The notes under the pieces: generated by a model
Told to the model about the DNA's origin: nothing
The model's input: only the letters and a program-made list of their open reading frames with translations
Database searches by the model: none
Assembly: GCA_030324005.1 (NCBI GenBank)
Contig: JARDVH010000025.1
Coordinates: 118,553,169-118,617,168 of the forward strand
Origin: Negaprion brevirostris
Taxonomy: Eukaryota
Direction of reading: 5' to 3'
DNA length: 64,000 nt
Part shown: piece by piece, positions 1-12,626 of the stretch
Numbering within the stretch: the first letter of the stretch is position 1
Layout of the letters: each line of letters begins with the position of its first letter
Made by a program: the position numbers and the translations under genes

Positions 1-187
1 TTTAGTCTTTTGTAAATCGTTTAGTCAGTTACATGGGTAAGATGGATAAAGAGGAATACGGGCCAAATGTGAGCAATTGGGACTAACTTAGTGATTAAAA
101 GAATGGGTGGCATGGACAAGTTGGGCCGAAGGGTCTTTTTTCCATGCTGTAAACCTCTATGATTCTACGACTCTCTGACTCTATGAT
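1..187 (+). mobile_element. CR1 LINE 3' tail fragment
   Basis: ggcatggacaagttgggccgaaggg...ccatgctgtaaacctctatga followed by (ctctatga)-like terminal microrepeats, typical of shark CR1 3' ends. Confidence 0.7.
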
Positions 188-784
188 TTACTTCATTAAT
201 CTCTTTTAAGAATGTATATAGCGTTTATGCAGATTATGCAGATGCTTAAGGAGACTTTAGGAAACTAATGTGGTGTTTCACCAATGGCACTGGTGGAATG
301 ACAGAACTTTCCCCAATGAGAGCTTTCACACATATGGACTCAAATTGAATTCAAAATGGAGACGAAAGTAAAATCAATTAAGAAAATATCATTGAAAATA
401 CCTCAGAAATTTATAGTTTAATGGTCATAACATTTAGAATAGACAGCTAACTGGAATGAAGCAAACAAGTATAGAAATGGCCGCAGCAAATATTATTTCC
501 AATGGGCAAAACCATCAGCATCACAGCTACTTCATGTTGCCAAAATACAATCCCTCAAAACTTCAGTTGAGGGTAATCAGTTAAACTGTCAATGAAAATG
601 TCAGTTTAATTGAAACAGCAAATATGTTTTTGAAAGATCGGCGAACATATCATTTTAATGAAATAAATTAGGGGCCTTATGGTTACATCAAAAGAATAGC
701 AAGCAAAGTGAACAGAGTAATTGGAACCTACAACCACCACAGCACACCTCACTTAAACATGTAGGCAACAGCAGCAGAGTTATA

Positions 785-890
785 TACAGACAGAAACTGT
801 TCGAAAATCTCAGCAGGTCCGACATGATCTGTGGAGACAGAATAGACTCAACATTTCCAAAGTGGATGACTCTCAGAGTTTTGTCTGAAA
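785..890 (+). mobile_element. Penelope pLTR-derived short repeat
   Basis: gaaaatctcagcaggtccgacatgatctgtggagacagaatagactcaacatttc; same motif recurs at ~25350 and ~49375. Confidence 0.5.
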
Positions 891-3339
891 AATATGATAA
901 TATTTGACAGCACCTGACATATTTCTGATCGGAGGTTAGGAACAGTCTGATATTTAAATACACAACGTCCGCCTGTTCCTCAACGAAGGCAATTGCTTTA
1001 AATAATTAATGGACAGATCATCTATTTCAGATTAACTAAAGTTTGCGGCGGTGGATACACGATGCAAAATATCGGAACTACCTGTATCAATATTTCATTT
1101 CTTCATCACGGATGTTGCATTGTGTTTGGCCAGTCGGTTCCATATGTGAGGGCCGATCCCCACTCAGAAAACAGGACAGGAATTCTGTAGAATGAAACTA
1201 GAATTTTGGTCATTGACGTAATAAGAAATGTACGAATTAATCAGATTCCCATTTCACATCGTTCTTACAGACCAATCCAGTCTTAACATCCAAATACCCA
1301 ACTGCAATTCAAATAAAAAGCATAGCTGCGTATGAAACATGTTGTCGTATAAAAATAACTTGGACTGAAAAGTTTTAATGCTTCCGTTCATTGACTAACT
1401 AATGTTATTCAGCTTGAAAACTCAATACTGATGTCTCTTTTATCCTTACAGTCGAAGGAACCGATTTAGATTATTTTTAATTAAGATGAATACGATCACA
1501 GAATGTCCTTTAACAAATACCACAAACAAATTCTGAAGGGAAAACAACAAGACAATCCCTACCAATTGTTATCATTTTCACTCACTGCGTGAAGTCGTCA
1601 GCATCTCTGGGAATTTAATTTCTATTGTTTAACGCTCATATGCAGGTTGACTGATCTTGTGTGGGGCAGGGTCATCTCCTTGTTAGAATATTGCAAACAA
1701 TAACAATTTGTGAGGGATACTCATTTCTGCAGTATACATTTCTTTCCCCATATGACATCAATAGCAATCTTCAGCAAGTTTAATTTATTTACTTTACCCA
1801 GGCATTCTAAACATAAAGAAGAAACTGTGCGCAATTATTTCATTAAAATTCTAAAGTGTTTAACGTGTTTTACAAAGAGCTGAAGGAGTATGACACCATC
1901 TATTTGAACAGGGTGTTGGAAGGGGAACCCGAATGTGTTATTAAGATTTTTAAACATTAGACATTAAGTAATTTATAAAATTACCAACATTACGTTAAAC
2001 AGTATTGAAAACAATCCTTTTTTAGCTAACAAGTGAACAATTTACACACTTGACATTGCAGTGAGAGATCTAAATAAGTGATTGCGATTGTAAAACGCAT
2101 ATAGTGATATTTTCGATGTATTGAGGTGTTTTTAAGATTTCTGGTTCATTTTAGCTGACAGCAGTTTACTACAACATATCATGGTAAAAGACATTAGAGT
2201 GAAGTCATATTGCAAAAGAGTGTTTAAATCTTGAGAATAAACCAGATTTATCAGTAAAGTTTTGGATGTAGGGAACACTCAAAACACTAAATCACATTTC
2301 ATGAATAAAGTTTATTCACTGTCCAGACATGATAGATACACGCCCAGACGTGGAGTCATGTGTTAATTTGATTCAACAGCGACATTTAAGGGAACCCATG
2401 GGAACGTTCATTTGCAATTTGGGCTAGCGCCTGATGGCACTAGGCAACACAAGAAGTCTGGCCAGCCAAGACAGGGGTTAGCTTCCAGATTTTCCAGACA
2501 ATTAAATATAATTATATCAGAGGGTGAGATGCAGTTGACTGAGATTTGTTGAAGTATGCATGTGAAAGATGATTGGTTTAAAGCTAATGAAAGACAAGAT
2601 TCATTGATAAGAAAGAACTATATTTGATCTGTTGTAATTGTATACATCAGATTCCATCGGAGAAGTCTAGCTACTCTATCAGGGGGCTACACTGACCCTT
2701 TGATGTTCTCCAAGCAGCTGCTGGTTAAATAAAATTTCATCTTTAGATGGAGGCACTGGCTTTGTGGATGTGTATTGTCTGAGGTTTAGGCAGTACTGAT
2801 CACCTTGCACATCATGCCAACAGATGAAATGGAAGATCTGCATTCGGATAGCACAAGTGGCACGTGACAATTTAAGTGAAGCTGTCTTGGCAACATTGAC
2901 CTTACAGTATCGGAAGGAAACGTGCTTCATACAGAAGACATATGGCATTTTAATGGATGGTTTTGGAATGGCAGTTCAGACAAAAGTTTGCACGTTGCAC
3001 CGTGCAGTCCCTAACGTTGGAAATATTAATAAGAATCATAATTTACAGTGTCCTCATGTTGCACGCAGAAAAAAAGGCTCAGATTGTGGATCAGTGCAGA
3101 ACAATGCCTTTTGCAGTGTGAACTGTAAATGGAACATTGCAAACTGTCCATTAGTTTGCATGAAACTCCATGCCTTACCTGCCCCATGTGTGTTTCAAAG
3201 GGACAATATTGGCACATCGTATCTGTCCTCGAACTGAGTGTCACCCATAAGCGAATGTTTACAGGCAATATACAGGGAGCTCAGAATTGTTTTTAATATT
3301 GTGGTACACATACACTCGACTTGTTGGTGGAAATGTCTA

Positions 3340-3800
3340 CAGGAGATCTCCAGTTAATGTCACTGTGTGCTACACCATTGCTTGAATTCTTCAAGGGTCA
3401 GTGTAGATTTTTTGTGTGCCTCCCCTTGTGCTACAACTGCATTGGAGTTCTAGATAGGACAATATAGAGAAAATTCCCTGTGCATTTCACCCCATGCTAC
3501 ATCTGTACAGGAGACCTTGATAGGAAAGTGTAGAGGAGTATGCATGTGCATCTTTGTTGCATACCGTCAATGGGCTTCTTGATGGGATAGTATAGATTGA
3601 GATTTCTCTCTGATACAGCTGCACTGGGGTTCATTGATGGGATAGTGCAGAGGGATATTGACTCTGCATCTCACCCTGTGGCACACCTGCACTGGAGTTT
3701 ATTGATGAGGCAGTGTATAAGGAGATTTTCTGCGTCTCAGCCTGTACCAGACCTGCACTTGGGATATTTGATGGAACACGGTAGGGAGAATTTAACCTTG
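3340..3800 (+). repeat. Degenerate ~59-bp shark minisatellite/satellite array
   Basis: Recurring unit resembling acctgcactgggagt..ttgatgggacagtgtagagggag..t.actctgcatctcacc.tgtg.t, about 7-8 diverged copies. Confidence 0.65.
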
Positions 3801-4789
3801 TAAACGACATTGCATTGATCTGAACGTTGGAATGTTTTGTAGGCACTGGATTGCAGACTGTCGAGGTGGATTACAAAACTATTATATTCTTTATACCCAA
3901 CTTGTGTTTCGGCAGCCACTGGGCTGCTTAATGTCAAAATTTAGTTTGGAGGGGTGTGGGGAGGTGAGGTGGTGGGCATGTGTATTCTCCTGACTATGTA
4001 TTTCTGCAGCTAAAATTAATGGGTTTGGTGTGATAGTGCAGCTCAGGTTTTCTCTTTGGTTAATCGTGATGTCTCTGCTCTCCTCACTTCAGATGTTCTA
4101 CTGAAGAGACAAATTTACTTGCACCTCATCGCTCCTACAAATATCCTGGGTGTGTTTGGTCTTTGGCGACATAACTCCCTGTTATCTGTGGTTTGCGCAC
4201 TTGGTGTTTGAGGAATCTTTGTGTATGAAAACTCACAACCACCACTTCTTCAAAGTGCCTTGCATAAAGCAGCTAGAAAGTGAGGAATAGGTCTATTTTC
4301 AGGTTCTCTCAGAGCAGTTTGGTGATGCTGTCTGTGCTTCACGGGCGGACTCCACAACACACTGCAATAGAAACATCAACAACTGCTGAAGGATCGACAA
4401 CTCTGTGAAAGGTGCAATTCAGCTTCCACAAAACTTATTCATCTTCCAGTGCAAAGAGCTGTCCAGGACCCTGTTTTACAGCGTGTCACATTCCAGTATC
4501 CAGCACTATTTGTTGAGGACACACTAAATTTAATCTTTTGTGAAGGAAAAAAATAGATATTGGTTTGTTGTAAAGCAGCATTTCCTACTGTTCTGTCATT
4601 CATTGTTGAATAAAAATTGCATGGTATCCAGGGAAAGCATTTCAGTATTAGAATTATTTATTCAGAAAGCCCACTTTCCACAGTGGATGAAAACATTGAA
4701 TACTCTGCACCAATCCAAATTACGATCTCAAATGGGCATCTCCAGTAAGTTTTCTTCCAGGCAACCTTCAAGACAACAACCTGGAATGT

Positions 4790-5165
4790 GATCAGAAACT
4801 CGGTTTCGCACATGAGGACAGCTTCAACCGAAATATTGAGTTCATGTGTAAACCGCACCATTTGGCCTGGGCTTGCAAAATACTGCTAACCATCCTGGCT
4901 TGAGGCAATTCACCCTACCTTAACCACTCTCCACTCGCATTACCTGCATCTGTAAAGGCTTGATTATCTGTAAAGGCTCGCATTCTGACCATCATCTTGG
5001 AATTTAAACTTTGTCTATTATGCTCTGTTTGTGAACGGAACTCTCCACTCACCTGATGAAAGAGCAGCGCTCTGAAAGATTGTGATACCACATACACCTG
5101 TTTGTCTCTAACCTGGTGATATGAAACTTCTTACTGTGTTCACCCAAGTCCAACACCACATCGCC
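4790..5165 (+). mobile_element. Penelope-like element 3' end (end of GIY-YIG ORF plus pLTR with hammerhead motif)
   Basis: Homologous to 46620-46800 (catgaggacagcttcaacc / gcctgggcttgcaa / tcctggcttgaggcaat), followed by cacctgatgaaagagcagcgctctgaaag...aacctggtg...cccaagtccaacacc. Confidence 0.7.
5049..5085 (+). ncRNA. Minimal hammerhead ribozyme-like motif (Penelope type), probably inactivated
   Basis: TCAC-CTGATGA-A-AGAGC-AGC-GCTCT-GAAA-GATT-GTGA: both core boxes, perfect 5-bp stem II, 4-bp stem I; stem III position mismatched. Confidence 0.55.
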
Positions 5166-5432
5166 TGAAAGGAAAACCCAGCTCTGGCTGTATTGGCTAC
5201 TTGTCCAAAAGTTATGGTGCAATAACCAAAACATTATCCACCTCATTAGCAGGACATTGTTACAAAGGGCTCATGCAAGTGTCTGGATGTAATCAAAACA
5301 TCCAGACACATCTTTCTTCTTGCAAAGGAGGCNNNNNNNNNNNNNNNNNNNNNNNNNNNNNNNNNNNNNNNNNNNNNNNNNNNNNNNNNNNNNNNNNNNN
5401 NNNNNNNNNNNNNNNNNNNNNNNNNNNNNNNN

Positions 5433-6280
5433 GCCGAGGAAGATGTGGGCTCACTAGATGTATCACCAGCTATCTAATAGCGATAGCAACAACAGATCTA
5501 CTGGTCATCTTCTTCAGTGTAGTGATAAGCTTCATCTTAATGCAATTTACAGCTTCATGCCTCACATTGTGTCTTGTATATTTCAGAAAGTGATGACATT
5601 TATAAGCCTTGACTGTTCTGCCTGGTTAACAGTCACTTCCACTTTTGATCGCATTATTTCCATTTGTTGCCAGCAGTTTAAAATCAAATTTTCCACATTG
5701 AAAACTGCGAGGATGGTGATAGGAAGCTTGCATATGTTAAGTTTATTAACTATCATCCCCTATTACTTTGCATTTGTATCTTATGAATTATGTATGCCTA
5801 TTGGTTGTGTGAAAATGGAAGAGTGTGAAGAAAATGGCTGGCATTCATCTGGTATCTCAACCCCACTTCTGCCTTTCTTTCTGATAGTGTTGCCTCATTT
5901 TCTGACCGCCAGGTATGCTTTAGTGTCCAATAAAGCCCGGAGGAAACTCTGCCCCTCAAGGCAATGCTGAGAAACATGAAGATCCAGAAATGGAAAGTCG
6001 GAAGCAGTCTATGATTTTACTTTTCTGTATGTCTGGGAGCTTTATTTTATTGTGGCTGACAGAAGTGATCATGCTATTCTATATGAATATTTCCAACTCT
6101 GACAATGTCCTGAGTTGGGCCCACCTTCTGAAAATGGTTTAACGCGCAGGGAATATGTTAAGACTTCTCAGTTCGTCTACAAACATGTTTATTTACACTC
6201 TGATTCAAAGTAAGATCAGAGAAGAACTGAAGATGGGAATAAAGTTTCTGTTAACCTTAATTGGAAAGTTGGTTACTTAA
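5433..6280 (+). pseudogene. GPR139/GPR142-like class A GPCR pseudogene (locus A), main coding exon
   Basis: Three frames together give RGRCGLTRCITSYLIAIATTDLL / DCSAWLTVTSTFDRIISICCQ...TPLLPFFLIVL / DPEMESRKQSMILLF...SSSTNMFIYTLIQSKIREELK...VT*; frameshifts near 5530 and 5955, in-frame TAA at 6140-6142; 5' end lies in the N gap 5333-5432. Confidence 0.9.
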
Positions 6281-6530
6281 ACAAAGTTTTCCATAACTTC
6301 TTAGTCGTCCAATGCAGCAAGTGACTCAAACGGATTGTACTGACAATGTGTCTATGTGGATCCGGACAATTGATGGTATTTGAGTGGGCGGCATTATTTG
6401 CTTTGTGAATACAGCTTCTGATTTTATTCGTTAACTAATATAAGTAATGCAAAGAATTGCCCCTTTTTTGGGTGTTGGTAAATTGATCACAAAAGGCATA
6501 TTCTAGCTCTCAATTCAATTTCGCAATCTA

Positions 6531-6611
6531 TTTGTCCAATTAATCAAGTAAACCAAGCTGAATAATATTTCAACTTCAATATCCCTGGGGTAATCCCATA
6601 ACATATAAATA
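6531..6611 (+). promoter_or_regulatory. Putative proximal promoter of GPCR gene B (homeodomain site, O/E-like site, TATA box)
   Basis: CAATTAAT 6537-6544, TCCCTGGGG 6582-6590, TAATCC 6591-6596, TATAAATA 6604-6611; ATG at 6695; same spacing as upstream of genes C and E. Confidence 0.65.
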
Positions 6612-6694
6612 ATGACTTTTGGAATATATCACATCAGACTTTAATACAGAACGATAACACACAACGCAAGCTGCCAGATCTCCTCATACTGAAA

Positions 6695-6761
6695 ATGCTG
6701 GAAACGTATCATGTGGTTGCTAAAATATACTACGTGTCTCTTGCCATTATTGGTGTTCCTG
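6695..6761 (+). CDS. GPR139-like GPCR gene B, coding exon 1 (MLETYHVVAKIYYVSLAIIGVP, phase-1 donor)
   Basis: ATG at 6695, YY-x-x-L-x-x-x-G-V-P TM1 motif, donor G|GTAGGT at 6761/6762; joins in frame to 12627. Confidence 0.85.
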
Positions 6762-7324
6762 GTAGGTAAAAACTGCAGCTCTATAAATATGTTTGTGAGA
6801 CACATTCTGATTTCACTTTGTGAATTATTTTGTTGCATGGTGTTTGTAATTGACAACCATGACACAGGCACAAGAGCAAAGATATTCTTTGTTTAGTGCA
6901 CATTTCTTAAATTCTCCCTTTGAGTTAATTTTATCAATTGGTAATGAAACTAATTGTAAGTTGCAAGCTCTCAGGATGATCATGTTGCTGCATTTTGTGT
7001 ACTACCATGTGATACCCTATCAGAGTGCAACTAATGCAAACTGTCCCAAGGAAGATATTCAGGGGAGGGATGGCAAATTCACAATGACTCCAGATGATCA
7101 TCCAAACTGGAATTCCTCACTGCAAAGCTAGTATATTAAAGTCAAAATAGAATTAGGCGAATTGTGTCATGAAGCAGTATGCACTACCGATTCCATGTCA
7201 CTTTGTATTATTGGGAGTATCTGAGACTATATGTATTTAAGGTGTGCAGGTCACTAATTATTCTGTGTATTAGTGGGGCTATCTGTCAGTGTAATATTGT
7301 ACAGAGTGTGGGTCACTTGGTGTG

Positions 7325-7381
7325 GGGGGGAGGGGAGGGTGGGGGGGCCCGGGGGGGGGGGGGGGGGGGGGGGGGGGTGGG
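7325..7381. repeat. Poly-G tract
   Basis: Nearly pure G run. Confidence 0.9.
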
Positions 7382-7976
7382 CACTGAAGGCAGCGGATGC
7401 ATGAACACAACGTTCAGTTAATACTAAGAGGATCTTTGTGCCGAGTTATCTTGAGTGCAGGCCACTGACAGAAATCTTATCAGTCAATTTTATTTCAATA
7501 ACATTTCTTCTGATGATTGTTTTTTTTAAAGGAAACTGTGTGACTACATCAAATGCCTATGTGTTTCACGGAAGGAAATGAGATACAACTAGAAGTTTTG
7601 CTTTTGTTTGACAACGTTTAGTGATGAGTTTGTCAAGAGAAAAGTCTTGATACTTCTGTTTTTTCAGTTCACCTGCGACAAAGACCTGTATATAATTTAG
7701 CAGCTAGTCTTTACTGTAAGTAATTAAAATTTACCAGTGAAACATGCATTATAGATGTTTATTAATTCCTATCATTGCAATCAGGTAATTTGTTTTATTT
7801 TTCTTTGGGGTAGACGGCTCTCACAATTTGAATATGTCTTTTTTTTGCATCCTTCTTTCCCAATTTCTTAACCTTTAATGACCGATGAAGAACATAGATA
7901 CCAGCGTTCCTACTTGCGCAACTTCCCAACTTTCCCTTATTTTAGCAAATCTCTTTTCCCTCTACTCCATATTTCT

Positions 7977-7977
<1 letters not shown>

Positions 7978-8007
<30 letters not shown>
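7978..8007. repeat. (GTT)n microsatellite
   Basis: tgttgttgtcgttgttgttgttgttgttgt. Confidence 0.9.
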
Positions 8008-8299
8008 GACCTTGCTGTCCATTCCAATTGGAATGATTCATTTGTGTTGTAATTGACATAAATCATTTAGAATATCAAAATTCTGGATATCAACCGGATT
8101 AGCTGATCTAAAGTGCCTGACTGTAATGCAAGTAATTCAAGGAACTTGATGAATGCGATCTTACTTTTGGTTTGGCTGCTGACTGTTCTACGTAAGAGGC
8201 CAAACAGAGAAATTAATCGATCAGTTAGCTGAGTGTCTTTCTTTGAGGAAATGATATAATTGATTATTAAGGCGGTTAAAGATATGCATTGAGACAAAA

Positions 8300-8640
8300 T
8301 TCAAGATCATTAGACAGAGTCAGCCTGATGTTATGATGCAGATTCAATCTTCAACAATTCGTTGGAATTGTTGATAGAGTGGAGAAAAGGGAGATCATCG
8401 AGATGCAGTAATTATAAAGCTGGGCAATAGTAATTAAATGCAGGTCGGCTACAACCTTTGGCGTTGCATGGAGATCTAGTTGTTCTTCTGCATCAGCCAA
8501 ATCATATTTGTGTGCAGGTACAGCAAGTAATTAAGAAATTTGGTATCATGCCATCCTTTGTAACGAGATAAACTGACCATTGCATTGAGGTTGTTATGCT
8601 TCAAAGATACAGGACTTGGGCAAAAATAATACATTACGAA
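8300..8640 (+). mobile_element. Old CR1 LINE ORF2 fragment
   Basis: Degenerate cagagtcagc..g..tt / gtgcaggtacagcaagtaattaagaa / gttatgcttcaa..tacagg motifs of CR1 RT region. Confidence 0.5.
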
Positions 8641-9212
8641 TTAAAAAAGACAACGCATTACTGGGAGTACCTGGCAGTATTTGAATTTATACTTGAAAAT
8701 TACGTACATCCTTCTGAGATCTGATCATGAGTACGGGCTAGGAAAAGGTCTAATCCTCAGGGTGTTTGGACGTGAGGTTCATCCGAGCCAAAGACGTGCC
8801 CTGGATCCTGATGGGATCTAACTTTGATGCCAAAGAATCAGAAAATTCTCCAGGGCGTAGGCAGTTCAGGCAGCCCCTGTGGGGAGAATAGCAGTGTTCA
8901 TGTTTCAAGTCTGAAAGAGAGATAATCAAAGCCGAGCTTGCGTCAAATCTCAGGGTTTCTCATCCTTTAGTGGGAATCCAGATTCTGGCAGGTGTTTTGG
9001 TCCCAGGGGGAGTCTGATTCTTGGTAAATTATAGCAGTATGGTAACCTGTACTTGGCAATGGGTCATTTCCCATAGTGTGTGATGTTTAAGCGAATAAGA
9101 GTTAGGAAAAGGGTAGTGCATTTGATCACTCAAGATCAGCTCGCAATGTAAACCGATGGTGGTTGATCATTTACCTCTTTTTATTCTTCCAGCACTCTCA
9201 CCATCAACTCTT

Positions 9213-9536
9213 GCGGTGGCATGGTGACAGAATGGTCACCACTGCAGTCCCACAGTGCCACGGATCCGGGTTTGATTCCCGGCTTAGGTCACAGTCTGTG
9301 TGATGTCTCCACATTCACGCCATGGCTGTGTGGATTTCCCCTGGGTGCTCCCTTTTCCTCCCACAGTCCTCAGATGTGGGGGTTAGTTGCACTGGCCATG
9401 CTAAATTGTCCCTTAGTGCTAGGGGACAAGATAGGGTAAATGCTTGTGGTTATGGAGATATGCCTGGGTTAGATTGTGGTCGGTGTAGACTCGATGTAGA
9501 GAATGGCCTCCTTCTGCACTGTCGGTATTCTATGAT
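9213..9536 (+). mobile_element. tRNA-derived HE1/V-SINE-type SINE, near full length
   Basis: tRNA-like head with B-box gggtttgattccc, core gtggatttcc...ttcctcccacagtcc, CR1-derived tail aatggcctccttctgcactgt. Confidence 0.85.
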
Positions 9537-10479
9537 ATTTAAGTCATTATACACATCATCATTTCTGTTTCTAAATCGAAAATGCGCAGTGATTGAACTT
9601 CCATAATCACTTTGTACAGAATTCAAAATATTCACCACCTTCTGAGTGTCCAAACTCCTCTTTGTCTCTTTTATTTACCTCCTTCCTTCGTTCCGTGCTG
9701 ATATGGGGATGGGCCAGAGGGGTGGACGGGGATGGAAGTGGGGGCTTTGTAAAATCCTGTCAGAGGTTTAGTGCAGACTCGATTGGCCGAATGCCCTCTG
9801 TCTAGATGGAGGGATGTCCTGGTTCATCTGCTTAACTGTCGGATGAAAGATCCGACCAAAATTTATCCCATCGAGGCCAAAAGTTGCAAGGAGATATAAA
9901 CCTCAATCGCAGGTGCAGCAAGAAACAATGTCGCAGTTTCCTCAAAAGTTCCTAATCGGTATTTCGACCAATTAAGCTGGTGTATCCCGATGGCATTCAC
10001 TCAATATCAAGTGCAGCCATCTTTCGATCAGGATACAAAAGCTTTTAAAAAAATCTACACTTGCGACCTCACATAAACTTCAATCAATTGAAGAAATATC
10101 TCCTTTTTTTCAATTGTACTCCTCTTACAAGAAATACCAACTTAATAAACGTTTAATTGTTTGCTGCAACTGCAAATTTCACTTTTAGTGGATCATGTAC
10201 CGTGGCGCCCAAATCTGTTTGTTCACAAATGTCAGTGAAAGAAGTAACCCTTTCCAAACTCTCAGTATTCAGGCACGGTTTCTGATTATTTTCTACAAAG
10301 TGTTAACACAGTACAAAATCACTCAAGTTTCCTTCCACTCACTTCGCCTGTTCAAATTGCTCTGATTTTCCACAAACATCTTGGCACATTTGACAGTCCT
10401 GCCTAGCTCTCTTCCGTCAGCAGATCTGATTCACACATCCAAGTCACCCATGTAGATTATCATCAGCTGTGGTTCAAAC

Positions 10480-10960
10480 GCTGATCTTTGCTATAGCTCA
10501 GTATGAAGAGACTGCAGTACGAGAATAAAATCTTTATTCCTGATCTCTGATTTACGTTTGTTAACCAATTCACAATCAATTGGAGCCTATATTCTCCAAT
10601 CCCATGTACTAAAGTCTCTTGTTACAATCCATTCCAGGACCTCATTCAAAGCATGTAAAATCTTCCACGTCCACTATTTTAATTTCATATATTCTCAAAT
10701 AATGTGCTCAGAAACCCCAATGTGTTTGTCAAAAATGGTTTCCTTTCCATCGTCATGTTGACTCTGTCAAACCATATCATTATTTTCAAAGTGTCCGGTT
10801 ATCAATGCTTTATAATATATAGAAATACGTTCTCTCCTACTGATTCTATAATAGCAGATTTCTTTTTCAATCTTCTCTCTACTGTGTCCATAGCATACAA
10901 ACTAATGGGACTAAATGCACATTTGTTTATTCGCCCCCATGGCTTCCATCCTAGGTCCTA
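10480..10960 (-). mobile_element. Old CR1 LINE fragment, reverse orientation
   Basis: Degenerate ttaaccaattc.caatc / tcccatgt / ctcagaaacccc..tg..tttgtcaaa..tg.tttcc motifs of reverse CR1 ORF2. Confidence 0.45.
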
Positions 10961-10964
10961 AATA

Positions 10965-12452
10965 AATGGTCATGGAGATAATGGATGCATTGGTTTTAAT
11001 TTCCCCGAAATCCTGGAACTAGAAAAGTACCAGAGGTTTGGAAAACTGCCAATGTGACATCCCAATGAAAAATGGAGTGGGACAAAAAGCGTACAACTAT
11101 TAGCCGATTAGCTAACATATGCTATTTGAAAAAAAAATGTTGTAATTAATTATTATAGAGGTAACCACAGCATATTTGGAAAATCACAAATTAATCAGTC
11201 AGAGTGAGCTTGGCTTCTTAGAAGGGAAATCCCGTCTGCCAAATTGATTAGTCATTAACAAAGAAGTATTAACCAGAGTCTTCAACGGGAACCTGGACTT
11301 GTGCTACATTTGGATTTCCAGACGACGTTCGAAAAGGTGTCTCACAAAAGTTGGAGTCATAAGAACCCATGATGTTGGCATTTTTATATTGGCATCGATA
11401 AAGAACTGACCAATTGGGCAGGGAGCAGTGGGTGGAGACATGAGGTTTTTTTTCAATTGGTGACAAACGAGATTCCACTAGGATAGCTGTTTGTGATATA
11501 TATTAATGACTTGGAGGAAGGATACAACTGTACTGTTTCCAAATTTGCAGCGACAGAAAACATATTGGCAGGCAACTGGAAAATGGGATATACACAGTAT
11601 ACAAAACAAAAAAAAGTCATTTAATGAAATGGGCAAAGCAGTGGCAATTGCAGTGAAATTTGATCGAATGCAAAGTGTCGATTTTTCAAAAGGAAACAAA
11701 ATAACCCTGTATTAATTAAAATGAAAAAGTGCATAAAGTGGAAACAACAAGGAATTTGGTAGGCCTTCTGCACGAAACACAAGGTAGTACACAGGCTCAG
11801 CATCTAATCAGGATGGCTAATGAAATACTGGCCCTAATTTCAAGAAGGCTGAGTTATGAGTAGTGATAACTTGCTGAAATTGTTCAATGGGCAGGGAAGG
11901 CTATATCTATACAATCGTGAGCAGTTTTGGCACCTCATTTAGGTCAATATATTATCTGATTCAAGGTGGCTCTGGGAAGGTTCATTTGGATAATCCTCAA
12001 TTTTCTGGATTTGTTTTATGGGGAAAGGTTCACCAGGTTGGAACTCTATCATTCAAAGTCAGAAGAATGAGAGGTATTGGCATTGAAACATATTTGATTC
12101 TTAAGGGGCTTGACAAAGTAAATCTGAGGGGATGTTTCCACACATGGGAGATTCTAGGACCAGAAAGCAGAGTCTCAGAATAAAGTGGCGCCAATTTAGT
12201 ACTAAGGAGAGGAGCAATATATTCTCCCTGAGGCCCGAAAGTCTTTGGAACTCCTGTCTTAAGGGGATGTGGGGACAGAGTCCCTGTGCATATTTATGGT
12301 TGAGACAGATAGATTTTTGATCAGTAAGAAAATTAACGGTTAAGTAGAAAGGACAGCAAAGTGGACGTGAGGAAGGTCGGATCGAGCATTAGTCCATTCA
12401 ATGGTGGAGCAAGCTTGCACGGCTGAAAGTCCTCCCATTGTTCTGATTTCTT
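10965..12452 (+). mobile_element. CR1 LINE ORF2 3' part and 3' UTR (degenerate)
   Basis: Remnants of WKTANVTP, SQHGF..GKSCLTNL, LDFQKAFDKV, IYINDL, SKFA(D)D motifs; 3' tail aatggtggagcaagcttg...ttctgatttcttat. Confidence 0.8.
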
Positions 12453-12626
12453 ATCGTCGTCTGGTATTAGGTATGGAGGAAAGACTAACACTTACATGCC
12501 TTGCACCACAACACCCCTCTCCACCGCTTACCATTTTGCTCTGAAATCCGCTCCTTACAGTCAATTTCAGACGAGTAGAATATGTGGTATTTAATTCTCT
12601 AAATGTTCCCCTCCTCTTTCTTACAG

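Noticed and set aside
1600-1780. Possible decayed promoter and exon 1 of pseudogene A (TCTCTGGGA; ..FFPHMTSIAIF)
   Set aside because: No ATG, no TATA at the expected spacing and no GT donor; resemblance could be chance
9000-9012. Isolated O/E-like site TCCCAGGGGGAG in intron of gene B
   Set aside because: No accompanying homeodomain/TATA module; expected by chance
9213-9290. tRNA-like sequences with A/B boxes here and at other SINE heads
   Set aside because: They continue into SINE core and tail and do not form complete cloverleafs
12584-12626. ORF-track N-terminus MVFNSLNVPLLFLT for gene B, and likewise MAVKQEL.. (20418-20493) for gene C
   Set aside because: Non-ATG starts within intronic polypyrimidine tracts; true first exons were found at 6695 and 21189
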